From Candidatus Dormiibacterota bacterium (lineage in GTDB: Bacteria; Chloroflexota; Dormibacteria; Aeolococcales; Bog-877), in NCBI GenBank assembly GCA_027306655.1, contig DAHUZL010000135.1, positions 6,677 to 70,676 on the forward strand: DNA of 64,000 nt, given 5' to 3'. Under the pieces are notes generated by a model. That model did no database searches and was not told the DNA's origin. It was given only the letters and a program-made list of their open reading frames with translations. Shown in pieces: positions 16,608 through 26,387 of this stretch. The position numbers and the translations under genes are program-made. Within the stretch, counting starts at the first letter, position 1. The number at the start of each line of letters is the position of its first letter.

Positions 16608-17315
16608 TCACTCCTCGGTCGGCAGGTGGACGTAGAGGGACTGGATCCCGACCCGGCCCGGCCCCTCGAAGCGGTTGAAGACCAGGCGGCCGACGCCGCC
16701 GAAGATCCCGGTGCGCAGCCCGTACACCTGGGGCCGCATCCGCACGGTCGGGTCCATGTAGACCCAGCCGCCCGGCTCGACGTCGATCGCCTCGCCCTGG
16801 GCCAGCTCCTTCTCGAAGACGTTGCCGTAGCCGTGGAGCCAGACCACCCCGTCGTCGTCGCGGGCCTCGAAGCGGTCGAGCCAGAGGCCGTTGCCGCCGA
16901 ACAGGTTGTTGGTGACACCGCGGATCCGCCTCGGGGTGAAGCGCAGGCTCCCGCTGGCGGCGAGGAACTGGTGCTCGCGCACCAGCACCACCTCGCCCCT
17001 GGCGAGCGGGAGCGGGAAGACGTGACCGGGAGCGTCGCGGGAGAAGGCGATCGAGCCCGCGCCGCGGGCCTGGGTGAGGAACACCGGCATCCCCAGGACC
17101 ATCCGCCGCACCGCCCCCCGCATCGGACGCAGCGTCACCCCCAGCTGCGGATCCTTCCAGAGGACCAGGTGGTGCTCGAAGAAGAGCGGGACCGAGCCGT
17201 CGAGGGTGCAGTGGAGCACCGGCACCAGCTCCCCCGCGATCCGGTACCGGATCCCGGGGGCCCAGCCCTCGCTGATGCGGGTCGGCAGGATGGTGGGCGG
17301 GCTGCTCATGGGCAC
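16608..17315 (-). CDS. AIM24/DUF124 family protein
   Basis: 235 aa, 'ISEGWAPGIRYRIAGELVPVLHCTL...LWLDRFEARDDDGVVWLHGYG'. Confidence 0.7.
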   Translation of the reverse strand: MPMSSPPTILPTRISEGWAPGIRYRIAGELVPVLHCTLDGSVPLFFEHHLVLWKDPQLGVTLRPMRGAVRRMVLGMPVFLTQARGAGSIAFSRDAPGHVFPLPLARGEVVLVREHQFLAASGSLRFTPRRIRGVTNNLFGGNGLWLDRFEARDDDGVVWLHGYGNVFEKELAQGEAIDVEPGGWVYMDPTVRMRPQVYGLRTGIFGGVGRLVFNRFEGPGRVGIQSLYVHLPTEE

Positions 17316-17335
17316 CTGGGATGGTCCGGCCGGTG

Positions 17336-17356
17336 ACGCCGGCCGGGGCGGCGTCC
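17336..17356 (-). terminator. Candidate hairpin downstream of the cupredoxin gene (CCGGCCGG-tgacg-CCGGCCGG)
   Basis: Perfect 8-bp stem with a 5-nt loop in the 76-bp gap. No U-tract, so this is at best a stem-loop attenuator. Confidence 0.25.
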
Positions 17357-17391
17357 CGGGCGGCGGCCCGGTCCCCCGCGGCCGGGCGCGG

Positions 17392-18306
17392 TCAGAGGTG
17401 GATGGTGGGGACCCCGCCGGCGGTCACCTGGAGGGCGGCCCACATCCCGGCCGGCTCGTGGCCGGGCACCAGGCAGGCGATCCGGTAGCTCCCGGCCGCC
17501 CCCGTGACGAAGTGGAAGGTGGCGTGGCCCCCGGGGGCCACCCCCTTGACCGGGTCGGGCAGGGCGGCGCCGGCGAAGACCGGGGTCGTCCCGGTGGCGG
17601 TGACCACCGCTGCCGAGTGGTTGAGGCTGGCGACATTGCTGAAGTCGACCGTCACCGTCCAGCCGGTGGGGATCCCGATTCGCATCCCCCCCGAGGTGGT
17701 GCCGTTGTAGTCGAGGCCGTCGTTCACGTTGCCGTAGCCGGCGACCAGCTGGAGGGTGACGGTCCGGGCGGCGGCGTCGTAGCGAAGCCAGCGATCCAGC
17801 GAGACGGTCGCCGCCGTCGGGGTCGGACGCGGGCGGGGGCTCGGGCGCGCGCTCGGGCTGGGGTGGGGGCTCCGCACCGGGGACGTGCTCTGGGGCAGGA
17901 CGGCGCCGGACGGCGAGGCCGCGGGGAGGTGGACGTCGAGGGTGGCCGTGATCAGGCCGTCGATCAGGACCGCGATCCGGCCGCGGTGCCGGGTCTGCCC
18001 GTCGACCGTCCATCCCGTCAGCGGGGGCGCCCCTGGCAGCCGCGCCGAGGGCCCCAGCCGGGCGGTGAGCCCGCAGGGGATGGAGAGGGTGCTGGTCGGT
18101 TGGTCGAGGAGGGTGGACCGGCCCCCGACGGTGGCCATCGCTCCGGCCACCGGGTGGCCGCCCCGGAGCGGCAGGGAGACGGTGAGCGAGCACCCGGAGC
18201 CCGTGGCCGGGGAGTTGAGCGGGCCCCGGCCGCAGCCGCCCACGGTGAGCGCGGCGGCGACGAGGCAGCCGCCGAGGGCGACCGCCCGGGTCGTGGGCTG
18301 GGCCAT
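17392..18306 (-). CDS. Lipoprotein with a C-terminal type-1 copper (cupredoxin/sulfocyanin-like) domain
   Basis: N-terminal signal with lipobox-like 'LTVGGC'. P/S-rich linker 'SPHPSPSARPSPRPRPTPT'. Copper ligands 'HATFHF ... IACLVPGHEPAGMW' (His...Cys-x4-His-x4-Met). The upstream part of the 655-aa ORF is rejected. Confidence 0.6.
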   Translation of the reverse strand: MAQPTTRAVALGGCLVAAALTVGGCGRGPLNSPATGSGCSLTVSLPLRGGHPVAGAMATVGGRSTLLDQPTSTLSIPCGLTARLGPSARLPGAPPLTGWTVDGQTRHRGRIAVLIDGLITATLDVHLPAASPSGAVLPQSTSPVRSPHPSPSARPSPRPRPTPTAATVSLDRWLRYDAAARTVTLQLVAGYGNVNDGLDYNGTTSGGMRIGIPTGWTVTVDFSNVASLNHSAAVVTATGTTPVFAGAALPDPVKGVAPGGHATFHFVTGAAGSYRIACLVPGHEPAGMWAALQVTAGGVPTIHL

Positions 18307-18399
18307 CTCCTGAAGGGTAGCCGACCCGGCAGGGGGGTGGCCGTGCCGCCGCCGAGATGGCGCCCCCGCGCCGGGGCCGCGCGTCCGTAGACTCCGGGG

Positions 18400-19047
18400 G
18401 TGCTGCCGTCGGACGCCACCCTCTTCCATCTCGTCCACACCTACGGCTACCTGGTGATCTTCCTGGCGGTCACCGCGGAGTGCCTGGGGGTGCCGTTCCC
18501 GGGCGACACCGTGATGATCGCGGGCGCGGTCTGGGCCGGGGCCGGCCACCTCGACATCGGGCTGGTGATCCTGGCCGGGGTCGCCGGCGCCGTCGTCGGC
18601 GACAACTGCGGCTACGCGATCGGCCGGTTCGCCGGCACCTGGGTGGTGGCCCGGCTGCTGCCCCGGCTGCCCTTCCTCAACGGCTGGGTGCTCCTGGCCC
18701 GGCGCTTCTTCGCGCGCCACGGCGGCAAGACGATCGTGATCGCCCGGTTCATCGCGGCGCTCCGGATCACGGTGTCGTTCGTGGCCGGGATCTCCCGCTT
18801 CCGCTGGCCTCGGTTCGTCGCCTTCAACCTCGCCGGCGGGGTCGCCTGGGCGACGTCGTACAGCCTGGTCGCCTTCCTCATCGGGCGCACCTTCGGCCGC
18901 TACACCGACGCCATCAGTGCCGTGGGGCTGCTGATCGCGGTGATCGGCGCGGCCGGGGTGGTCCTCCTCTTCACCCTGGGGCAGCGCTGGGTGGAGCGGT
19001 GGCTGCTCGCCGATGAGCGGCTGGTGCTGGGCGGGGCCGCCGACTGA
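18400..19047 (+). CDS. DedA/SNARE-associated family membrane protein
   Basis: 'YGYLVIFLAVTAECLGVPFPGDTVMIAGAV ... GKTIVIARFIAALRITVSFVAG'. Confidence 0.8.
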   Translation: MLPSDATLFHLVHTYGYLVIFLAVTAECLGVPFPGDTVMIAGAVWAGAGHLDIGLVILAGVAGAVVGDNCGYAIGRFAGTWVVARLLPRLPFLNGWVLLARRFFARHGGKTIVIARFIAALRITVSFVAGISRFRWPRFVAFNLAGGVAWATSYSLVAFLIGRTFGRYTDAISAVGLLIAVIGAAGVVLLFTLGQRWVERWLLADERLVLGGAAD

Positions 19048-19092
19048 CCGGGGGGGGATGCCAGCCGCCGTCCGGCGCGCTACGGTAGCGGC

Positions 19093-19389
19093 ATGGCCGA
19101 CCGGATCAGCGCCCCGGAGCGGACCGAGGCCCCCGCGGGCGGGACGGCGGCCGAGCGCGACCGGCCGTGGGAGGTCGTGGTCTGGAACGACCCGGTCACG
19201 CTCATGTCCTACGTGGTCTTCGTCCTCCGCCGGATCTTCGGCTACGACGAGCCCACCGCCACCCGGCTGATGCTCCAGGTGCACCACCAGGGGCGGGCGG
19301 TGGTGGCCAGCGGGCCCCGCGAGCGGGCCGAGATCGCGGTCGCCCAGCTGCACGCGCACGGGCTCCAGGCAACCGTGGCCCGGCCCTAG
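19093..19389 (+). CDS. clpS: ATP-dependent Clp protease adaptor ClpS
   Basis: 'VVVWNDPVTLMSYVVFVLRRIFGYDEPTATRLMLQVHHQGRAVV'. Confidence 0.85.
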   Translation: MADRISAPERTEAPAGGTAAERDRPWEVVVWNDPVTLMSYVVFVLRRIFGYDEPTATRLMLQVHHQGRAVVASGPRERAEIAVAQLHAHGLQATVARP

Positions 19390-19391
19390 GG

Positions 19392-19874
19392 ATGGCGGCG
19401 ATCCGCGCCCGCACCGATGGCGCCGCCGGCGCCCTGGTCGAGATGGACCGCTCCGAGCGGGACGCTCTCGCGGCGCTGCTCGACCACCTCGAGCCGATGG
19501 CGGCCCGCTCGCCCCGGGTCACCCCCCCCGCCTACCCCGACGAGGAGCAGCTGGAGGCCGAGTATCGGCACCTCACCGGGCCTGACCTCGAGGCCGCCCG
19601 GACGCTGGCGATCGCGACGATGCGGCGCACCATCCAGGAGGATGGCCCGGCGACCGCGCTCGCGCCGGCCGAGGTGGAGGCGTGGCTGCGCGGCCTCAAT
19701 GCCCTTCGGATCGCTCTCGCCGACGAGATCGGGATCGAGTCCGACGGCTGGGAGGAGGCGGTCCCACCCGAGGCGCACGCCCGTCCCCCGTACGCCGCGC
19801 TCCACGCCCTGGGCTGGATCCAGGAGGAGCTCCTGGCCGTCGTCCCCGTCGTCGCCGGCCCGGCGACGGGCTGA
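19392..19874 (+). CDS. DUF2017-like protein. This is the conserved actinobacterial partner found downstream of clpS.
   Basis: 160 aa acidic protein starting 3 nt after the clpS stop. The call rests on synteny, not on a motif. Confidence 0.5.
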   Translation: MAAIRARTDGAAGALVEMDRSERDALAALLDHLEPMAARSPRVTPPAYPDEEQLEAEYRHLTGPDLEAARTLAIATMRRTIQEDGPATALAPAEVEAWLRGLNALRIALADEIGIESDGWEEAVPPEAHARPPYAALHALGWIQEELLAVVPVVAGPATG

Positions 19875-19905
19875 CCCCGGGCTCACCCCGGGCCGACCCG
19901 GGCCC

Positions 19906-20634
19906 TCACCGCGTCCGCCGCCGCCGGCGGGAGCGCGGGGCGGGGCGCAGCGCATACCAGTACCAGTGCAGGTAGCGCCCGAGCCAGGCGCGCACGTGGA
20001 AGTTGGACTGCCCCCCGGCGCGGTCCAGCCAGATGGTGGGGAGCTCCGCCACCGGTCGGCGCAGCCGGCGTGCCTTGGCCACCATCTCGATCCCCAGCTC
20101 GAAGCCGGCGTCCGACTCCATCTGGGCCTCCAGCAGGAAGGCGCGCGAGTAGGCCTTGAAGGAGTTGGTGGCGTCGTGCGTCCCCACCCGGCCGAGAAGG
20201 TGCAGGCTGACCCCGGCCCCCCGCGACATCCAGCCCTTGAGCCGCGGCCCGCCCACCTGCTGGCCGCCCTGCATGTAGCGGGAGGCGGCGGCGATCACCA
20301 CGCCCCGCTCCACCAGCCGGACCAGGGGGTCGATCTGCTGGGGGTCGTCACTGCCGTCCGCCATCGTCACCACCACCACGTCGGCCCTGGCCTCGCGGAT
20401 CCCCCGCCGGATCGCGGCCGCCGGGCCCCGCCCCTCGTCGTTGTGGATCCCGCGCACCCGCGGGTCCCGCTCCGTGTAGCGGCGAACGACCGGCGCGGTC
20501 GTGTCCTGGGGCGTGTCCCAGACCACCAGCACCTCGGCCCCGAGCGTCACCGTCTCCAGGATCCGGTCCAGGCAGGTGGCGATCGCGTCGCCCTCGTTGT
20601 AGGCGGGGATGACCACCGACACCCGGGGGGTCAC
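19906..20634 (-). CDS. GT2 glycosyltransferase (polyprenol-phosphate mannose/glucose synthase-like)
   Basis: 'VSVVIPAYNEGDAI ... VVVTMADGSDDP'. It overlaps the upstream gene by 4 nt. Confidence 0.8.
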   Translation of the reverse strand: MTPRVSVVIPAYNEGDAIATCLDRILETVTLGAEVLVVWDTPQDTTAPVVRRYTERDPRVRGIHNDEGRGPAAAIRRGIREARADVVVVTMADGSDDPQQIDPLVRLVERGVVIAAASRYMQGGQQVGGPRLKGWMSRGAGVSLHLLGRVGTHDATNSFKAYSRAFLLEAQMESDAGFELGIEMVAKARRLRRPVAELPTIWLDRAGGQSNFHVRAWLGRYLHWYWYALRPAPRSRRRRRTR

Positions 20635-21851
20635 ACCCGCACCCCGCGTCCGAGCAGCCCGGTGATGTCCACCACCGGGCGGTCGGTCGCGAGCTCCCGG
20701 TAGGCCTCGTGGGGGGCGCCGATGACGAGCACGTCGGACCGTGCCAGCACCTCCGCCTGGGGCACCAGCGAGGGGTCGCTGCTGACGTACGGGTCGCAGC
20801 AGAGCACCGCCCGGGCCTTGAACTGGAGGATGCGGCGGAGCTTGTAGCTGAGGCTGGAGCGGGTGTCGTCCGACTCCGCCTTGAAGGCCATCCCGAGGAT
20901 GCCGACGGTGGCGAGGGCGAGGTCGAAACGGCGCTCCAGGCGCGCCACGATGTAGAGCGGCAGGCCCTCGTTGACCAGCATGCTGGCGTGGCCGAGGGCG
21001 AACTGGTTGTTGTTGAAGGCGGCCAGCTGCATCGTGTCCTTGAACAGGCAGGGGCCGGCGGTGAGGCCGGCCGAGGGGAGGTCGGCGGCGCGCGGATAGT
21101 CGGCGGCGATGGCGGCGCGGATGCGCTCGTAGTCGAGACCGAAGTCGTTGGCGATCATGTAGAGCTGGTTGGCGGTGGCGAACTTGATGTAGCGCCAGGT
21201 GTTGGTGAACAGCTTGGCGAGCTCGGCCTCCTCCGGCTCCAGCGCGACGATCGAGCCGGTCAGCCGGCGGAACAGGGCCGCCGCCCGCTCCTGGGCCCGA
21301 GGCGTCCGGGCGGCCACGATCTGCGGCAGCGAGCCGAGCTCCTCGATCGCCCGTCCCTCGGCGATGCGCTCGGGACAGAACGCGACGTCCACGCGCAGGC
21401 CGAGCTCGCAGAGCCGGCGCTCCACCAGGGCGGTCACGCCCGGGTACACCGTGCTCCGGAGCACGACCAGCTGGCCGTCCCGGAGGTGGGGGGCGAGCGC
21501 GTCGATCGCCCGCGGCAGCGCCATCGTCTGGGGGTTGAGATGCTCGTCGATGGGGGTGCCCACCACCACCACCACGTGCTCGGCCCCGGACACCGCGGTC
21601 GGGTCGGCGGTGACCGTGAGCCGCCCGGCGGCGAGCACCCGGCCGAGCACGGCCTCCGCGCCCCGTTCCCGGAACGGCATCTGGCCCTCGGCCACGCGCG
21701 CCACCTGGGCCCGGTCGAGGTCGAAGGCGGTGACCCGGACGCCACGGTCGGCGAGGACGAGGGCGAGCGGCAGGCCGACATGCCCGCAGCCGCCCACCAC
21801 CACGACGTCCACCGGACCGCTCACCGCGGGGTCGCGCTCCGGAGCGCTCAC
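20631..21851 (-). CDS. UDP-glucose/GDP-mannose dehydrogenase family protein
   Basis: 'VVVVGGCGHVGLPLALVLA' Rossmann fold, with catalytic region 'AGLTAGPCLFKDT'. Confidence 0.8.
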   Translation of the reverse strand: MSAPERDPAVSGPVDVVVVGGCGHVGLPLALVLADRGVRVTAFDLDRAQVARVAEGQMPFRERGAEAVLGRVLAAGRLTVTADPTAVSGAEHVVVVVGTPIDEHLNPQTMALPRAIDALAPHLRDGQLVVLRSTVYPGVTALVERRLCELGLRVDVAFCPERIAEGRAIEELGSLPQIVAARTPRAQERAAALFRRLTGSIVALEPEEAELAKLFTNTWRYIKFATANQLYMIANDFGLDYERIRAAIAADYPRAADLPSAGLTAGPCLFKDTMQLAAFNNNQFALGHASMLVNEGLPLYIVARLERRFDLALATVGILGMAFKAESDDTRSSLSYKLRRILQFKARAVLCCDPYVSSDPSLVPQAEVLARSDVLVIGAPHEAYRELATDRPVVDITGLLGRGVRV

Positions 21852-21858
21852 GACGGGG

Positions 21859-23304
21859 TCAGCCGTCGGAGCCGGCCCCCAGACCGGCCATCCACGTCTC
21901 CACCACGTCGGGATCGGTGGGCAGCCCGGCCGAAAGGACCGTCGACCCCGACTCGGTCACCACCACGTCGTCCTCGATGCGGACGCCGATGCCGCGATAG
22001 CGCTCGGGGACGGTGAGGTCGTCGGGCTGGAAGTAGAGGCCCGGCTCGACGGTGAGGACCATCCCCGGGGCGAGCGGCTCGGTGGTCCAAACCGTCTCCC
22101 GCGCGCGCGCGCAGTCGTGCACGTCGAGGCCGAGCCAATGGCTCACGCTGTGCAGGGTGTAGCGCCGGTGGAGCTGGCGGTCGTCGCGGAGGGACTGGAC
22201 CGCGGGCTCGGGCAGGATCCCCATCCGCTCCAGCCCGTGGGCGAGCACCTCCATGGCGCGGTGGTGCGGGTCGCGGAAGCCGGCCCCCGGCCGCACCGCA
22301 GCCAGGGCCGCCTGCTGCGCCTCGAAGACCAGCGTGTAGACCTCGCGCTGGGCCGGGGTGAAGCGCCCGCTCACGGGCAGGGTGCGGGTGACGTCGGCGG
22401 TGTAATGGCGGTCGGTCTCCACCCCCGCATCGAGGAGGAGCAGGTCGCCGGGGCGGACCAGACCGTCGTTGCGGCTCCAGTGGAGCACGGTGGCATGGGT
22501 CCCGGCGGCGGCGATCGTCAGATAGCCGGTGTCGTGCCCCTCGCGTCGCGCTCGGGAGAAGAACGTGACCTCGACCTCGCGCTCGGTCCGGGTGGTGGGG
22601 AGGGCCCGGACCACGTCCTCGAAGGCCCGCCGGGTGAGGTCGCAGGCCCGGGCCAGCTCGGCGATCTCGCCCGCGTCCTTGACGACGCGCAGGTCGGAGA
22701 GCGCCTGGGCGAGCTCGTCGCCCGGCCCGGCGAGGTCGGCGCCGAGCGCGTCGACCTCGGGGTCGAGGCCGCGCAGCACCGCGCCGCGGTCGTGTTCGCG
22801 GACCAGCCCGGCGAGCTCGCCGAGCGGTCGTGACTCCAGCCCCAGGCGTGCCCGCGTCGCCCGCAGCCCGCGCGGCGGACCGACCCAGAGCGCGCCGCGG
22901 GCGCGGTCGGTGAAGAACTCCGGCCGCTGGTGGTCGACCTCCGGCTCGGTGTGGAGGACGGCGTCATGGCCGCCGGCGGGGCGCGGGACCAGCACCAGCA
23001 CCTCGCGCGGCTCGCCCTCGCCGACCAGATGGAGGAAGTCGGTGCCCGCTCGGAAGCGGTAGACGGTGTCGTTGGCGCGGACCCGCTCGACGCCGGCCGG
23101 GATCACCAGCAGGAGCCCGGGAAACCGGGCGGAGAGCCGCTCGCGGCGGGCCGCGAGGGCGTCCGCGCTCTCGATCCGCCCGGGAAGCGCCGGCGCCGAC
23201 TCGTCCCAGCCGGTGCGCAGGAAGTCGAGGAGAGCGGCCGGGGGCTGGATGTCGTGGCTCGCCCGTCGCGGGGGCGCGGGCGGCGCCGCCTGGTCCTCGG
23301 TCAC
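21859..23304 (-). CDS. Xaa-Pro aminopeptidase (M24B)
   Basis: 'DAGVETDRHYTADVTRT', 'HSVSHWLGLDVHD' and 'GMVLTVEPGLY' are M24 metal-ligand motifs. Confidence 0.8.
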   Translation of the reverse strand: MTEDQAAPPAPPRRASHDIQPPAALLDFLRTGWDESAPALPGRIESADALAARRERLSARFPGLLLVIPAGVERVRANDTVYRFRAGTDFLHLVGEGEPREVLVLVPRPAGGHDAVLHTEPEVDHQRPEFFTDRARGALWVGPPRGLRATRARLGLESRPLGELAGLVREHDRGAVLRGLDPEVDALGADLAGPGDELAQALSDLRVVKDAGEIAELARACDLTRRAFEDVVRALPTTRTEREVEVTFFSRARREGHDTGYLTIAAAGTHATVLHWSRNDGLVRPGDLLLLDAGVETDRHYTADVTRTLPVSGRFTPAQREVYTLVFEAQQAALAAVRPGAGFRDPHHRAMEVLAHGLERMGILPEPAVQSLRDDRQLHRRYTLHSVSHWLGLDVHDCARARETVWTTEPLAPGMVLTVEPGLYFQPDDLTVPERYRGIGVRIEDDVVVTESGSTVLSAGLPTDPDVVETWMAGLGAGSDG

Positions 23305-23388
23305 CGCCCCATCCTAAGCACGCAGCCGACGCTCCCGTCGGAGGAGGAGCGCACCGGCCCGGGCCGCCGACCCGGTATGGTCCCCGGC

Positions 23389-23931
23389 ATGGCCCTAGCG
23401 GCGCCGAAGGGACCCCCGCCCGCGCTCCCCGCGGAGCTCGCCCCGCTGGCATTCCTTCTCGGCGTCTGGGAGGGGGGCGGCCGGGGGCTGTGGGTGGCGG
23501 AGCCGCCGCTCCGCTACCGGGAGCGGCTCACCGTCGCCTGGGATGGCCGTCCGCTGCTCCGGTACCGGGAGGAGACCTGGTCGGGCGACCCGCTCACGCC
23601 GCTCCACACCGAGGTGGGGTTCCTGCGTCCCCTGGGGACCGGCGAGGCCGAGCTGCTGGTGGTCCAGGCCGCCGGGATCCTGGAGGTCGATCGCGGCCCC
23701 TGCTCAGCCTCGCAGCTGGAGCTGGCCTCCAGCGCGATCGACGCCGGCCCCTGCGGGCTCCTGGTCACTGCGGTGCGCCGCCGCTACCGGCGCGAGGGGA
23801 CGGTCCTCCACGTCCTGGTCCAGATCGCGATGGACGGCGGGGTGCCGCAGGACCATGTCCGGGCCCGGCTGGAGTGGGTGGCGGCGCCCGGCCCGGCGCA
23901 GGCTCCGCCGCTGGAGGCTCCCGGGGCCTGA
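23389..23931 (+). CDS. Nitrobindin/FABP-like beta-barrel protein (UPF0678/DUF1794-like)
   Basis: 'LAPLAFLLGVWEGGGRG' N-terminal signature. About 180 aa. Confidence 0.5.
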   Translation: MALAAPKGPPPALPAELAPLAFLLGVWEGGGRGLWVAEPPLRYRERLTVAWDGRPLLRYREETWSGDPLTPLHTEVGFLRPLGTGEAELLVVQAAGILEVDRGPCSASQLELASSAIDAGPCGLLVTAVRRRYRREGTVLHVLVQIAMDGGVPQDHVRARLEWVAAPGPAQAPPLEAPGA

Positions 23932-23966
23932 CGCCGGCCGGTCGGTACGGCGCCGGCGCTCCCGGA

Positions 23967-24797
23967 TCACCCCCCCGGACCGGGCGCGCTCGCGGACGTG
24001 GGAGCGGGGGTCCGGGCCAGCTCCAGGCGGGTCCCCCCGGCGATCAGGACCGGCGGCCCCGCGGCCGGGCCGTCGAAGTGCACGGCGAGGATGCCCGATC
24101 GCGGGCCGTCGGCCCGGTCGTGCCCGGCGCCCTCGGCCCGGTCCACCAGCCGCACCCGGCCGCCGCCCGCGAAGACGACGTCGGCGAAGCGGCCGCCCGC
24201 GGCCTGGCCGGTGGCCTCCACCTCGCCGAGGAGGAGCTCTCGGTAGAGGCGGAGCCCGTCGTCGATGGTGGGGACCAGGTGGTCGACCCGGGTGAGTCGG
24301 GCGGGCTCGGCCGGGTCGCCGGGTGGGTTGGGGAGGTCGAAGCGCAGGGCCGGTGGCACCGCCGCCGACCACTCCATCCCCGGCCAGCCGGTCTGAGCCA
24401 GCTGGATGGTCGTGCCGAGCGCCTCGCGCGGGTGCAGGAACGCCTCCTGCCAGAGTGGGTGGGAGCGGTCAACCGCGACCGGGTGCCAGCCCAGGGCGCG
24501 GGCGTGGTCGAGGGCGCCGGTCAGGTCGTCGGTGGTGAAGGTGAGGTGATGCGGGCCGGGGCCGCGCCGGTCGAGGAACCGCCGTAGGAAGGGGTGGTCC
24601 GGGTCCAGGACGGGCTCCAGCAGCTCCACCGTCCCGCCCCCCGCGTAGCGAAGGTGGACGCCGCGGAACCCGGCCTCCGTCCCGCCGGCGAGGATGCGGC
24701 CGCCGAGCCGCCCCACGAAGGTGGGGAGCTCGGCCGCGACCGACTCCACCGCCAGCGACACGTGGTCGAAGCGGCAGCGCCCGACCGGGGCCGCGAC
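23967..24797 (-). CDS. Two-domain VOC (glyoxalase/dioxygenase) family protein
   Basis: 'RFDHVSLAVESV...GGTVELLEP' and 'LTRVDHLVPTIDDGLRLYRELLLGEVE'. The start is approximate. The long R/G-rich N-terminal extension of the ORF is rejected. Confidence 0.5.
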   Translation of the reverse strand, partial: VAAPVGRCRFDHVSLAVESVAAELPTFVGRLGGRILAGGTEAGFRGVHLRYAGGGTVELLEPVLDPDHPFLRRFLDRRGPGPHHLTFTTDDLTGALDHARALGWHPVAVDRSHPLWQEAFLHPREALGTTIQLAQTGWPGMEWSAAVPPALRFDLPNPPGDPAEPARLTRVDHLVPTIDDGLRLYRELLLGEVEATGQAAGGRFADVVFAGGGRVRLVDRAEGAGHDRADGPRSGILAVHFDGPAAGPPVLIAGGTRLELARTPAPTSASAPGPGG

Positions 24798-24835
24798 CGG
24801 GTCTCCCCGACCGCGGCCGGCCCGCTCCCGGTTGC

Positions 24836-26347
24836 TCAGCTCTCCGCCAGGTTGACCCAGACGCTCTTCACCTCGGTGTAGAGATGGATCGCCTCGAAGC
24901 CCATCTCGCGGCCGTGTCCGCTCTCCTTGAACCCGCCGAAGGGGAGCGCCGCGTCGGTGGCGCCGTAGGTGTTGACCCAGACCGTGCCCGCTCGCAGGGC
25001 ACTGGCCACCCGGTGGGCCTTGGCGAGGTTCTTGGTCCAGATCCCGGCGCCCAGCCCGTAGGCGATGTCGTTGCCCTGGCGGACCACGTCCTCCACGTCG
25101 CGGAAGGGGATGACGCTGACCACCGGGCCGAAGATCTCCTCCTGGGCCACCCGCATGTCGTTGCGGGCGTTGGCGAGCACGGTGGGCTTGACGAAGAAGC
25201 CCTTCTGGAGCTCCGCCCCCTCGGCCCGGCCGCCGCCGCTCAGGATCCGGGCCCCCTCGCCGGGGCCGAGCTCGATGTACCCCAGCACCCGGTCCAACTG
25301 CTCCTGGCTCACCAGCGGCCCGATCTCGGTCGCCTCGTCGAAGCCGGGCCCGACCCTGAGCTTCGCCGCCTGGTCGGCGATGAACTGGGCGACGTCGTCG
25401 TAGATCCCGTGCTCCACGAACACCCGCGACCCCGCCGTGCAGTCCTGGCCCATGTTGTAGAAGATGCCCGCGGCCGCGCCCTCGCGGGCGGCGTCCATGT
25501 CGGCGTCGGCGAAGACGATGTTGGGGCTCTTGCCGCCCAGCTCCAGGCTCACCTTCTTGAGGTTGCTCTGACTGGCGGCGCGGAGGATCAGCCGTCCCAC
25601 CTCGGAGGAGCCGGTGAAGGCGACCTTGTCGACGTGGGGATGGGCGGCGAGGGCGGCGCCGGCGGTCTCGCCATAGCCGGTCACCACGTTGACCACCCCG
25701 GGGGGGATCCCCGCCTCCAGGCAGAGCTCGCCCAACAGGATGGCGGAGAGCGGCGTCTGCTCCGCCGGCTTCAGCACCACGGTGCAACCGGCGGCCAGCG
25801 CCGGGGCCACCTTCCACGCCGCCATCATCAGCGGGTAGTTCCAGGGCACGATCTGGCCGCAGACGCCGACCGGCTGGCGGAGCGTGTAGGCGAAGGTGTC
25901 GGCGACGCTGACCGGCACCGTCGCGCCCTCGATCTTGGTCGGCCAGCCGGCGTAGTAACGGAAGTACTCGACGGTCCCGCCGACGTCGTCGCGGCGCGCG
26001 ACCGTGAGCGGCTTGCCGTTGTCGAGCGTCTCCAGCTGCGCGAAGACCTCGGAGCGCTCCTCGATCAGGTCGGCCAGCCTCCAGATCAGCCGGGAACGCT
26101 CCGCCGCCGTCATCGCCGGCCAGGGACCGCCGTCGAACGCGCGCCGCGCCGCCTGCACCGCCCGGTCGATGTCGGCCGCATCGCCCTCGGCGACCTCGGC
26201 CAGCCGGTCGCCGGTGGCGGGGTCGTGGGTGGCGAACGTCTTGCCGGAGGCGGCCTCCACGAAGTCACCGCCGATCAGGAGGCGCTTGGGCCCGCCGCCG
26301 AGGAAGGCCTGCACCCGGGGATCCACCTCTCGCGCCGTCATCACCAT
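24836..26347 (-). CDS. NAD(P)-dependent aldehyde dehydrogenase
   Basis: 'VSLELGGKSP', 'FYNMGQDCTAGSRVFV', 'EEIFGPVVSVIPF'. The start was chosen at 'MVMTAREVD'. Confidence 0.85.
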   Translation of the reverse strand: MVMTAREVDPRVQAFLGGGPKRLLIGGDFVEAASGKTFATHDPATGDRLAEVAEGDAADIDRAVQAARRAFDGGPWPAMTAAERSRLIWRLADLIEERSEVFAQLETLDNGKPLTVARRDDVGGTVEYFRYYAGWPTKIEGATVPVSVADTFAYTLRQPVGVCGQIVPWNYPLMMAAWKVAPALAAGCTVVLKPAEQTPLSAILLGELCLEAGIPPGVVNVVTGYGETAGAALAAHPHVDKVAFTGSSEVGRLILRAASQSNLKKVSLELGGKSPNIVFADADMDAAREGAAAGIFYNMGQDCTAGSRVFVEHGIYDDVAQFIADQAAKLRVGPGFDEATEIGPLVSQEQLDRVLGYIELGPGEGARILSGGGRAEGAELQKGFFVKPTVLANARNDMRVAQEEIFGPVVSVIPFRDVEDVVRQGNDIAYGLGAGIWTKNLAKAHRVASALRAGTVWVNTYGATDAALPFGGFKESGHGREMGFEAIHLYTEVKSVWVNLAES

Positions 26348-26387
26348 CACCGTGCCTCCTTGGATTCGATTCGTGTCCCCGCCGCCG

